Positions 28,709 through 40,020 of a stretch of DNA of 64,000 nt are shown here, piece after piece; the first letter of the stretch is position 1, and each line of letters opens with the position of its first letter. The notes under the pieces are model-generated. The model was given only the letters and a program-made list of their open reading frames with translations. It made no database searches and had not been told where the DNA came from. The translations under genes and the position numbers were made by a program. This DNA is from the human T2T-CHM13v2.0 reference genome, Homo sapiens. The DNA is taken from contig CP086569.2 of assembly GCA_009914755.4 (NCBI GenBank), positions 20,352,001-20,416,000 of the forward strand. Reading direction: 5' to 3'.

Positions 28709-29204
28709 CTGTAAATGTAATATACACCTTCAGGTTGGTCAGCTCACTATAATGTGGGTCTTCTAAGTAGACAGAGGAATTTGTTACTTCCCTCTAGGGC
28801 CAGGTATCTAATGAATAAATAACTAAAAATTAATCCAAATGCTGCCTTGAAAGAACAAATGACTTTATGCATCACCAGTAGTGTGAGGGGAGGAGAAGGG
28901 AAAGGAGTGTGGTTACTCTCTCTGATTTTGGGAGAGAACCTAATTATTTTTTACCCTCTCTGGGCTTGAGTGCCTGCATCTGGCTGTAAAGCAAGTAAGT
29001 TATGAGTGGAGTCTGTGGGGCTCCATGGTGGAAATCTCATGGAAGAGGAGTGGGAATAAAAACTCTTCACTGCTATGTGTCATGGCTTCCTTCCACTGAT
29101 TCTGTTTATGGGGCTACATGCCACACATCAACAGGCCATGTCTGTCCACTGTGACTGTATGCACAGGCCCACTGAGAAGGCAGCTAAAGGTGACAAAACT
29201 CACC

Positions 29205-29467
29205 TATATAAACCTGTTTTTGCTTGTTTTTTAGGAAAGAGTCCTCTGGCAACTTCTCTGCAGTAGTCTCTGTCTGGTTGCTGTCACTTGAGACTTTGTG
29301 TTTCCTTTCCAGTTGGAGGATGGGGCTGTGCATCACATCCATAGCTACCTGGTCGGCAGCTGGCTCACCTACAGGCTGCCTTTCCATTAAATACTTCTCT
29401 ACAGGAAGATCTTCATCCTTTAGGGCTTTAAAGGAATTGTGCTGTTTGTTTCCAGGACTATGCTTGC
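29205..29467 (-). pseudogene. BCORP1: BCOR-like exon
   Basis: Acceptor ttttctctcctgctag| and donor ATAG|gtgagt. It encodes ...SPGNKQHNSFKALKDEDLPVEKYLMERQPVGEPAADQVAMDVMHSPILQLERKHKVSSDSNQTETTAEKLPEDSFLKNKQKQV, against BCOR ...[82 protein letters not shown]. Confidence 0.75.
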
Positions 29468-30369
29468 CTAGCAGGAGAGAAAACCAGAATACATAAGTGA
29501 ATTCAAAAATCACCAAGAGAAGGCAGGATTCAGGGAACAGCTGAGACCATGCCAAGGTAATCTGCTATTGACAGATGCTTCTTTAGAAACTGGAGTTCTC
29601 ACATTGTTAATATCAAGTTCTCATAAATAGACTTGTCCAAAGGAAGGATACACTGAAGATGAGCAGCAAGCAAAGCAGAAAGTTAGACATACACCACACT
29701 CATAATTCTCTCCTTCTATCTCTGTATATTAGGGGAATGAGACAAATAAGAAAGAAGATGAGACATCAATGCTATCTTTTTAAAAAAAAATATTACAGTC
29801 CTTTCTTTCAGCAGCATGATCCAATCAAGCCAGGACCGGCATAAATATCTCTACAGTAATACGTGCTGAGGTCATTATTTTGAAATAAAAGGCTGATGAG
29901 ATGAAGACACAAAATATACCCAAAATGTCATCTACTGAAGTGGTAACACCAATATTCACTTGGACCAACAGCAGAGATCATGAAGAAGGAGGGAAGGGAG
30001 ACAGCATGTCAAAAGAAACCTAAACCCTTAATGGGCAGAAGTAATCATCTCTTCCATAGGGCCCATGGTCCAGGACATGGCAGTTGCCTGCAAAATCAGC
30101 AGAGGGAAACAACTGCCAGAGGAAGGCTGAGAACCTGGGCAGACTTAAGGTGCTGCGAAGAGGGGTCTGGGAAAAGCCAAAGACAAGGTTTGACAGCACA
30201 TGCACAAGTTCAGAGACAATTTAAAAAAACTCAGTCTGCTGGTTGCACAAATGTGCAAGGAAATGTGGAAGGAAAAGCTTTTCACTGAATCCAAGGAGCT
30301 TCCATTTCCTGTTCAACATAGGACCACCACAATGAGGACACTGGTCACACCAGCTGGGACTAATCAAAT

Positions 30370-30448
30370 GTTTGTAGAACTACAGACAGCAATTTTGTAT
30401 GGAAAATGTATGTAGAACTACAGACAGCAGTTTTGTGTGGAAATGAGG
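30370..30448. repeat. Tandem duplication of about 40 bp (tgtagaactacagacagca.ttttgt.tggaaa)
   Basis: Two adjacent copies, seen directly. Confidence 0.75.
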
Positions 30449-31438
30449 AATATGTCACCAGAAACTGGATGAAAGGCTACCCTTGCTAAAACAAGTTCAA
30501 GGAAGTTGGCAGAATTGCCTTCATGTCCAAGGATGTTGTGAAAGGCAGGACTTAAGAGCGATGAACTAGGATATCTAGAAGAACACTAAGTCTTAAAACA
30601 TTCATGGTACTATATGGCTTCTTCTGGCAAACTACCAGCAAAATGAGAGAAAAGAGAAATGATTTAAAGACAAAATCTGTAATTAAAAAGAAAGCAAAAT
30701 GAATATATTTGGCAAACTCTGTCTAGTCATGTAAAGAAAAACAAAGTGGTTTCAAAAGAATAAAAACAACATATAGCAAAGCTATCATTTGCTAAAGAGA
30801 TAGTTCAGATATAAGGAAAACAGGTGCTATTCATCAAGGCAATGGGATAATGAGCCTGAAGGCATTTGAGAGATTTTGGAGGCAAGCTATGGCCTTGCAG
30901 GCAAGTACACCCCCTCAAGTATCTATTCCCTGCATTTTGTTGCAGTGATCTTTGGCTGCCCCAGCAATGGCTCAAGCTGGCCCAGATGTGCCTCATGTCA
31001 CACTGCCAGAGGGGATAAGCCTTAAACTATAATAATATCCATATAGTTCTGACTCTACAGGTACACATAATCCCTGAGCCAGGGCCACGTTCACCTGCAT
31101 TATAAAAGATGTTTTGGACAGCCTGGGGTTTCAGGCAGAGACATGGCATAGGGAGATAGCCAGGACAGAGTTCCCACTATAGTAATGCTTTGTGGAGCTG
31201 TGAGTCTGGAGTCAACTCCAAGAGCCCAGAACTGTAGAACAACCAGAGTGCAACTTCAGCCTGGAAGAGCTATAGGAATGTAACTCCAAACCATGAGAGT
31301 TTCTGGGTGGACTAAAGCCCAGCAAAATCATTCAGGCAGGAATGCCTAGGCCTTGAGGGCTGAACTCTTACCTCAGTGTACATGATGTAAGACATGAAAT
31401 CAAAAGATATTATTGTCCAGCTTTATAACTCAGTGTTG

Positions 31439-31740
<302 letters not shown>

Positions 31741-32087
31741 ACTCAGTGTTGTTGTTTTTCTCCCTCTTTTGTGTTTTGGGCTTACTTGGAACCAGTTACT
31801 CCTTTCTTCTTGCCTATTCTCCATTTTTAAATGGGAATGTCTTTCCCATGCCTGCTCCACCATGGCATTTTAGAAGCACATAACTTCACAGGCTCACAGT
31901 AGAAGAGAAATTTGTCTTATAGTAAATTAGGTCTTGTGTCCCATTCATATCTGATTAAGAAGAGATTCTAGATTTTGGACTTTTGAGTTGATGCTGGAAT
32001 GAGTTAAGATTGTGGAGCTATTGGGACAGAATGAATACATTCTGCATATGAGAAGGACAGGAATTTTCAAGACTACAGATGGAATAT

Positions 32088-32455
32088 TATGGTTTGAATG
32101 TTTCCCAATATTCAAGTGTTCGAAACCTAGTCCCCAATCCAACAGTGTTGAGAACTGGGACCTGCAAGAGGTAATTAAGTCATGACCATGGGACATTAAT
32201 TAATGTCATTACTGTGAGAGTGAGTTAGTTATTGTGGAACTGAGTTCATAATTAAATTAAATGAGTTTAGTCCCCTTCTTCTCTTTCCCTTGGGCTCTCT
32301 TTCCCATCTGCCTTCCATCATGGGATGCAACTGGAAGATGGAGCTTGCCAGAGCAGTCCCTCATAATTCTTGGCCTCCAGAACTATGAGCAAATACATTT
32401 CTGTTAACTATAAATTACCCTGTTTGTACCAGTAGAAAACATACTAAGACATGAA
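32088..32455 (+). mobile_element. MaLR-family solitary LTR (THE1/MST/MLT1-like, diverged)
   Basis: The start ggaatattatggtttgaatgtttccc parallels the THE1 consensus TGATATGGTTTGGCTGTGTCCCC. Further on, ggtaattaagtcatgaccatgg and ...ctccagaactatgagcaaatacatttctgttaactataaattaccc parallel ggtaattgaatcatggggg and gaactgtgagtccattaaacctctttcctttataaattaccc. Confidence 0.6.
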
Positions 32456-34728
32456 TTCTTCTAGTTAGATCATTCAACTTCTTTGATCCAATTAGCCTCC
32501 CCTGAATGTACCATGGGAGGGAGTGGGGATGTAGAGTGAAAACCTAAGTATTATCTTAGGAAATGCCATGTGCAAGTGGAAAAGTATACTTTTAAACTTT
32601 TAAAGTGTACTGTCTTCTCTCCTTAACTCCTTTAAGGTAGAAAACATGGTTTGAAAAAAGTGATTGCATGGTGTCACAATGCCTTTGAGAGTCACAATCA
32701 GGAAGCAGCTTAGCTAGTGTGGGACCCAACCCAGAATGAACTTCCCTTCCCACATCAAATATCAGATTAAGAAGCTCTTAACCTGAGTGTTTTAGATTCT
32801 ACTTTTGTCCTTTATATCTGAACTACAGATCTCATATGGTCACCTATATCTCTAACACTCTCAACTTCGTATAAGGCATTTTTCTTGAGGAGATAGTTTT
32901 CCAATTAAGTTTTACCCCTACTGCAAAATTATCTCTCATCCACCTGACCTTTTGCCCAAACTGAGAGCATCTTTTACTGGAAGAGTTGTGATGAGTTATT
33001 TCACAGGATGAAGTCAGTGGGCAATGATTGGCTAGTAACCTCATCTCTCTGCTCAGTGAATGACACTACCTCTATAAGAGCCCTGGCTGACTCTTGTCTA
33101 CTCCAAAATTTCCCATCTGGCAAAAGCTGCCCAGTGAGGGTAGGGAGGTTTCCCCTTCACATACCACCTTTTGCTCCCCTCTTCATGAGGAGACCAGCCA
33201 GAAAAGGATGGCCAGCCTGCTACACAACTGTGCCTTGGAAGGTTGTAACTCATCTCATGGGCATTCTCCCGACACCCCATGTAGTACCAGGAAACCCAGG
33301 GGACCATGACCTCATCCTGAACTATTATCAAGAACCCTCCATTGCTAAACGTGGGGTTCACTGCAATCACATTTACTCACATAGAGTTCCCCTACCTCTC
33401 AAAAGGATTTTTCCCCAAAACTGGTTCCATTCACCATTTCCCAAATCCTCCAAGTCATTAAAAAAAGGGACAATAATTTCAAAGAATTGAGGTATCTTCA
33501 CTATTACCTCTTCGGTCAAAGATTCTCATTCCTCTGAATGAACCCCTGCCACTCCCCTCACAAGATATTACATGGCCTTACAAAAGCCAGTAATAATTCT
33601 GCCCACAGTGATGGCCCAAGATACACAGACTACCAGCTATACAGGTGAGAAGTTCTATGTTCCATTGCTGCACATCTTAACCTGGATGTTCTCAAATTAG
33701 ACTATTTCAGTCATCACACACAGCATTAATCACATGGCAAAGGATATAAATTAAGAGATGTAGGGGTCCTAACCATTAGACTCTACCATAGCTGTTATTT
33801 TAAGCCCTTCTAAAAAGCAGAAAACCATGTGCCCTTGATAGATAAGAATGTAAGTCTGTTATCTGAGGTCTACCACCTGCTCCCTGCAACATGGTCTTAT
33901 GAGACACAGCACATACATTCCATAATTTATCACAGCTGTGCCATAGTAGTACCTCATAGAAGTATCTCCATGGCAACATTTACAAGTCTCCACAGCAAAA
34001 ATAAATTCTGCCACTGTTGGTGCCACAGATGCTGGGCCCTAACAAGATGGGAGGAGACTGAGACTTTTGAGGGTTTCCCATGATCCATTTCCTCTGCAGG
34101 CAACTGTATCAGCTCCAGCTGAGACTAACCTTGTTATAACTTATGCCCTCTCCATCACGGGCATCAACTTTCTCTGTATCTAATTCAAGATAATCTACAA
34201 AGCATTCAGGCATATTCTCCTGGAAGAGAAGTTCCTGAGCCAATAATTTCTGCCCAGGCATTGCGACCAAACACACCCCAGGTCTGCTTCAGTGAAGTGG
34301 CTGGCAGAAGAGAAGGAAACCCACATTATCGAAGGAAGGGCTAATATGTACATCTACTATGTATCAACAAAAATAAATCAATAATTAAAAACCTAAAAAT
34401 TGTATTATACTGTTTCTAACTATAGGGCCAAGCCTCCTTTATAAAACGAGATGTGTCCTTGTCTAAAGGAAAATAATACTTCATAGATTATTAAAAGGAA
34501 ATTATCTTTCACAGATAATTCATTCCTGATTGCCACAATGATTAAAAAGACAATCAGTCCTTCACTCCACAGATGGCAAAAACAGCCCATTTTTCTGAGA
34601 AGACACCAAACAGAAGTCAGAATCTTGTATGTGATTGCTTTATCTCACCTCCCTGGGCCCTGGGAACAGGATCACCCTGTTGCCACCAATGTGGTAATTG
34701 AGCCACAAAGCAAGTGGCTCAGCTGTAC

Positions 34729-34858
34729 CTACATCTCTCACAGTTATTCTGGCTGGCAATATCCTCCTCCAGAAGACATTTTGGCTTTTTGTCCTGATTT
34801 CCTTTCCACCTCTCTGAGTCAGCTGTGCTGAATTTGTATGGCTTGGCGTCCTTGGTTT
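34729..34858 (-). pseudogene. BCORP1: BCOR-like exon
   Basis: Acceptor ttttttttccattcag| and donor GATGTAG|gtacag. It encodes [42 protein letters not shown], against [48 protein letters not shown]. Confidence 0.75.
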
Positions 34859-35526
34859 CTGAATGGAAAAAAAAAGAGGGATGAACATCAACACCTTATT
34901 ATAAATGCTATTTCATTTGTCTTACACTAAAGAAAAATATGTCCAAACAAATGTTTGCCCAAAATTAACCATGGACATAAACTCTTTAACCATACTGTTT
35001 TCAAGGAGTTTATGTATCTAGACACACAAGCTATAAGCATGTATATCAGTGAACACATTTTTGTGCACATTCTCTTTTGGAAATAAAAACACAGCATACA
35101 CACAAAACAGAAATAGCAGGAAAAAAATCTCACAAGGAATATAGGCTATAAACTACCTTTTGAATATTTGGAAATAAAATTTAACTTTAAAGGCTTATAT
35201 AATATTATAATGACAATAATATGAAAAACATAAATTTGAAGAACTGAACCCATAATAAACACTAGGCAGACATAAAATACTGTCCTTTTTTAATTCTTCT
35301 AGTCATGTAATTAAAATGGGCACTCAGGGGGTCATTTAAATAACTTCATTTATTTTTATAAAGATAAAACAAATTCTTTTTAACATTCCAAAAAAAGTGG
35401 CCTATTCATCTTTGAAATAAAAGTAAAAATCTTAGAAAATTCCTATACAACATGTATCATAATTAACTATCAAGTTAAATATATGCTATATCCCATTCTG
35501 CCAAGAGGTACAGGAGTAAGCGAGAG

Positions 35527-35533
35527 AGAGCGA

Positions 35534-35568
<35 letters not shown>
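35527..35568. repeat. (GT)n/(AC)n microsatellite, about 20 units, lying inside the BCOR exon-5 homologue
   Basis: gtgtgtgt... run. The flanking minus-strand sequence translates to ...VVLQDRATY-(THTH)n-SLSLAYSC..., against BCOR MEGLQEDSILCLPAAYCE. Confidence 0.85.
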
Positions 35569-35569
<1 letters not shown>

Positions 35570-36230
35570 GTTGCACGATCCTGCAGAACCACAGCTGCTA
35601 CACATCTTCTCAAGCAAGTATCAAGTAAGGTATTCTGAGCAGCTAGATATATTGGTTATTTTATCAACAGAAAAATAAAATCAATTGATAGGTAAATGCC
35701 ATGCATTTTTTAGAAATTATTCACAATAATTAAAACTTCTGTTACAGGCTGAGCATCTCTTATTGTAAATGCTTGGGACAATTATTTTAATTTTTTATCA
35801 GATTTTGGAATATGTACATATACATAATAAGGTATCTTGAATATGAGAACCAAGTCTATACAAAAAAATCATTTATGTTTCACATACACTTTACACACAT
35901 AGCCTAAAAGTAATTTTATTCAGTATTTTTAACAATTTTGCATATGTAACAAAGTTTACGTTAAGTATTTGTTTGTGGGCTTTTCCACTTGGGGCATGAT
36001 GGTGGCATTCAAAAGTTTCAGATTCTGTAGCAAAGTATCCAGAAACATGTATATCCTAAGTACTACTATTCACATTCCCTTACTGGACATAATATATACA
36101 TTCAAATTACAATAAGCTTCATTAGTCAAATCTGCATAGTGCCATGTCCTACCATACTCCCCCAGTACTCTTTACATATTTAAACTGTAACTACAGGTAA
36201 AGTTGCTAAAAGGTGGGTAGAGGGGGTGAC

Positions 36231-39200
36231 CTGCAATGCCCGTTGCTCCCAACTGAGCTGACTAGAATCTGCATACAGTTCAGTAGTAACACACTTGAGT
36301 CGGTCAGCCATGCAACCTGCTGAGGTGGTGACTCTCTTTACCAGGTTAGATGGCTTTGGTTTCAGAAGTTTGCCATCACTTGATTTGGCCTCATTGGCTC
36401 CATCTTTGGTGTAAGTAGAGATTATGTCCATACTTAGTGGGGCACTGCCAAGGCAATATGGTTTGGGATACTCTTGGATTTTACCAAAAGTTACAGCATG
36501 ACCATCACTCACTAGAGTTGGCTCCAGGAATGATGTTGAAACTGGCATCCCTATGTTCTCTTTGTTGGCTGGAGTCCGTTTGAGAGCATAAGCTTCATGC
36601 AAGTCACCAATGTGCCCCAACTCCTCTCTTAGCATGATAAAATCACCATGCTGCTGCAGGGATGCCTTGACAATTGGGGGCTTGGCAGGCTTGGCATTCT
36701 GACCAATATTTTTCACTGTAAAGCATGGTTTGGACATGTTTGCCTCAGTTTTGGCATCTGGTTCTTCTTGGAGAAGGTCTATGTAAACAATCTTTTTATT
36801 TCTGCTAACAGTCTTCCCTTGGTTCCAGCTGAGGTTTAGTTTTAGATTGTCAGTGTGGACTTCTGGATGAAACTCTGTACTGCCAGCTTCCAACATCTCA
36901 GAAAATTGATTCTGGACAGTTGGGTCTTTGTGGCAGGCTCTTTCATGGGAATGGGATCTTTCTCTGGTTTCTCCTCTTTTTTCTCTTTGTTGGTTGGAGT
37001 CTGTTTGATAGTATAAGGTTCATGAAAGTCATCAATGTGCCCCAACTTCTCTCTTAGGGTGATGAAATCACCATGCTGCTGCAGGTATGGCTTGACAATT
37101 GGGGGACTGGCAGGGTCAGCATTCTGGCCAACACTTTTCATTATGAAGCTGGGTTTGGACACATTTGCATCAGTTTTAGCATCTGTTTTTTCTTGGAGAT
37201 GGTCTACATAAACAACCTTATCACTTCTGATAATAATCTTACCTTGATTCCAGCTGGGGTTCAGTTTTAGACTGTCATTGGGGACTTCTGGATGAAACGC
37301 TGTACTGCTAGCTTCCAGCATCTCAGAAAACTGATTCTGGAGAGTTGGGTCTTTGCGGCAGGCTCTTTCTTGGGAATGTGACCTCCTCTCTGGTTTCTCC
37401 TTTTTGGTGATCTCTATGGGCCTGTGTGTTATCAACATGGGTTGCACCATGCCAAATCCCAGGGCATCTTGGTAGATCAGAAACTCTGGATGGCCCATGG
37501 GCACCACATAAGGCAGTCTAGGCTTTGAGGCAAGACACCCCAGAAAGAGACTGTTGTTGGGCAACAAAACTGGATGAGGGTAGACAGGCCCTTTGTCATG
37601 TAAGGAGAAGGGTCTTATAGCAGTGGCCTTAGGTACTGGGTAAGGAAAGTAACTTCTGGGGTGGGAAATTGATGGGGGCCTGAAAGCCTCATTTGGAGGT
37701 AGAAATAGGGGGCTTGGTTGAAGGCCATTCTTATTTGCTTTGAAACTCAGTTCTGGGCTGCTGGCTTTGGCAACCTTGCTGCTAGTGCTGCTGCTTTGCT
37801 TGACAGGCACGGTTGGAGGTTGGCCCACTTGCTGAATGATGGATGATGTGGTATCCACAGAGCTCCTGTTGGTCCTAGTGCCATCTGCCCTATGTGGGGT
37901 TGGGGACTGGTAATATAGAGTTAATATAGAGGTGGGGTGGCCTGCACAGGACACTGACCCCAAAACATTAGGGATCATAGTTCCTTTGCCATTCATGCAA
38001 AGGTAAAAAGAACTTTGCTGTTGTATTATCATCCAGTCCATCACCTTGTTTTTCAACATGCTTTCACCATTGTTCTCTTCATTAGTTCTTGGCCTGGGTA
38101 CTACCCAGGATGATGGATCAGTGCTAATAAATTCAGATCTATAGATAGCACAGCCATTTCTTAGAGAAGATATCTCTTTCAGAATCTCACTTCTGGAGAG
38201 CACTAAGCCACTTCCAGCCATGCTGTGAACCAGGCCCATGGAAGCCATCTTTTTCATGTGATCAGCTTTGGAAGCATCTACCTCCACCACTTTAGAAGAC
38301 AACTCTACTGGCTTATTTGAGATGCTTTTGGTAATACTCTGCTTCTCTAACAGAGGAGGTGAGACACCATCTTTCCTGTCTTGAGCCACTGTCTTCCAGG
38401 TGTACATGGGGACTGGCTGAGCACTCTCACCCACTTCCAGGGTCTCAGGATATTTGCTATTGGAGAGCCTCGCTGTGGGGAACTCACTGCCCATCATGTT
38501 TGCCTTTGACAGTGTCACTGAAGGAGCGGTAGAGATCCTGGCATAATGCTCATGGAACTCAGAGAATATGTCTGCAACAGCCTGGGTGGGAAGGTGGACC
38601 TGGGGTGAGGGCTGAGGGGAGGCACAGAACACGAGAGTTGTATCGCCTGGAAAGCCACTAGCAACTGCCTTGGCAAATGGCACCCTGGTTGTTTCCTGTT
38701 CTGAATATGAGGATAGGTGTGGGAATTGATGGCGTTCCGGGGACTGATGGCCATCCTCCGTGGTACGCTTTTGTCTGCACAGCGGAAGAGAGGTGGAATG
38801 GCTGAGATGGCCAAAGCTGTTGAAAGCCTCATGGGTGATGCCAAGGACAATGGGATGTGGGGACTGAAATAGCAAGGTGATGGCAGGTAGGAAAATTGCT
38901 TCCTATTTCTGTTTCCTGGAAAACATAGCAGCTGGGCCAAGTTGGAGGACTGCTGAGGTAGCCAGAACATGTTCTGTGAATACATATTTGGAAAATCAAG
39001 GGAAGGATGGATGGCTGGTGTGGCACTCTCCATGTAAGGATTGACCCAGGGTAGCTGCAGGTAATGAGCATCATAGATGTTGCAAGGCCTATGATTGTGG
39101 CTGGTAGGCCTGTCCAAGCCAAGTGTTTCTGCTGTGCTGAAAGCATTTTGTATTCCAGGCGGTGTTTTACATACAGCAGTGAAGCAATCTGGGGGTTTTT

Positions 39201-39448
39201 CAGAGACAGCAAAATCTTCCACTATCTCAGGTATATTTAGTTTGAACTGCATCTATGGATTTATTTCTGAAGAAAACCCAAGGCCACCTACAGTGTTCAT
39301 GGTAACCTCATGATCTTGCTTGGAGTTCATTCTGCTCAAACTAGAAAGACAGTGTTTCTGGGGAACAGGAGCCCTTCCTGTTTCAGGCCTGTGTGGTCCA
39401 TGATCAGTGCTTCCAGGCCGTCAATCTGATAAGCCAATTTGCATCCAC
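36231..39448 (-). pseudogene. BCORP1: Large exon of the BCOR-derived pseudogene (homologue of BCOR exon 4, about 3.2 kb), read in three different frames, with an internal tandem duplication
   Basis: Candidate acceptor ttgttgctctgccaag|GTGGATGC at the 5' end and donor GCATTGCAG|gtcacc at the 3' end. The translation is collinear with BCOR from ...LAYQIDGLEALIMDHTGLKQEGLLFPRNTVF (BCOR [31 protein letters not shown]), through MQFKLNIPE...[11 protein letters not shown]...[18 protein letters not shown]...[14 protein letters not shown]...[16 protein letters not shown]...[18 protein letters not shown]...[21 protein letters not shown]...NEENNG...[24 protein letters not shown]...[17 protein letters not shown]...LQQHGDF...[20 protein letters not shown]. 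Stop-free sequence switches frame twice: the 245-aa, 677-aa and 238-aa ORFs overlap in different frames. An in-frame TAG replaces the Glu codon before MQFK. Confidence 0.85.
36545..37400 (-). repeat. Two tandem copies of an approximately 423-427-bp unit inside the large exon (copy B about 36545-36967, copy A about 36968-37400)
   Basis: ttggttggagtctgtttgatagtataaggttcatgaaagtcatcaatgtgccccaacttctctcttagggtgatgaaatcaccatgctgctgcaggtatggcttgacaattgggggactggcagg recurs about 421 bp away as ttggctggagtccgtttgagagcataagcttcatgcaagtcaccaatgtgccccaactcctctcttagcatgataaaatcaccatgctgctgcagggatgccttgacaattgggggcttggcagg. The junction motif tctctggtttctcct occurs at both unit ends. The peptides are [29 protein letters not shown]...NQGK...[19 protein letters not shown], and BCOR has a single copy. 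Confidence 0.8.
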
Positions 39449-39956
39449 CTTGGCAGAGCAACAACATAGATGTTACTTGGGACACTCCTTCAAAACAGCA
39501 GTAGCAGTACATAAGAGAAACTGCCAAGTAGTTCAATATGACATCAGCCTAACATCTGAGCAGAAGGGGTTAAAGATAAAGTAAGAAATATAGTATCTGC
39601 GTGAACTGCTTTTTTCCCTTATGCAGACTCCTTCTTAGGGCATTGTGCTGCCTGTTTTCTTCACACCTCTGTTAAACTATAATTCTAAAAGCATAAAACA
39701 ATGATCCTTTCAGATTTAAAGGATATTAAGTTGTCTATTCACTCTGGAAATTTTGCCTCCTCAGCAAAAATTGTTTGCTGCAACTTAGAAGCTACCAACT
39801 CCAAAACTGTCAGCACCACCCTTACTGGGTAAAGAACTCACACTAACCCTCCCAAGGCCTGTTAAGGTTTAGATAAGATGAGTATTCACTTAGTTTTTCT
39901 TGAGTGTAGGAAGACATTTTTAACAGAATAAGCAACCTTCAGTGGACGACAAAAAC

Positions 39957-40020
39957 TCTAGCCTGGGCAACACAGTGAGACCCTGTCTCAAAAAAATAAA
40001 AATAAAAATATTTAAAAATT
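39957..40020 (+). mobile_element. Alu 3'-end fragment with an A-rich tail
   Basis: ctctagcctgggcaacacagtgagaccctgtctcaaaaaaataaaaataaaaa. Confidence 0.7.

Noticed and set aside
33008-33490. 160-aa plus-strand ORF with overlapping antisense ORFs
   Set aside because: No recognisable domain, no flanking splice or promoter signals, overlapping ORFs on both strands. Treated as a chance ORF in an intron of the pseudogene.
39252-39270. Apparent 3' splice acceptor (ggttttcttcag|AAATAAATCCATAGATG) plus an ATG at 39252, which looked like the start of the large exon
   Set aside because: BCOR-collinear coding sequence (…IDGLEALIMDHTGLKQEGLLFPRNTVF…TL.VALGF…) continues without interruption upstream of this point to about 39448. 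The AG therefore lies inside the exon, and the ATG is simply the internal Met of …NPEMQFK… (here NP*MQFK).
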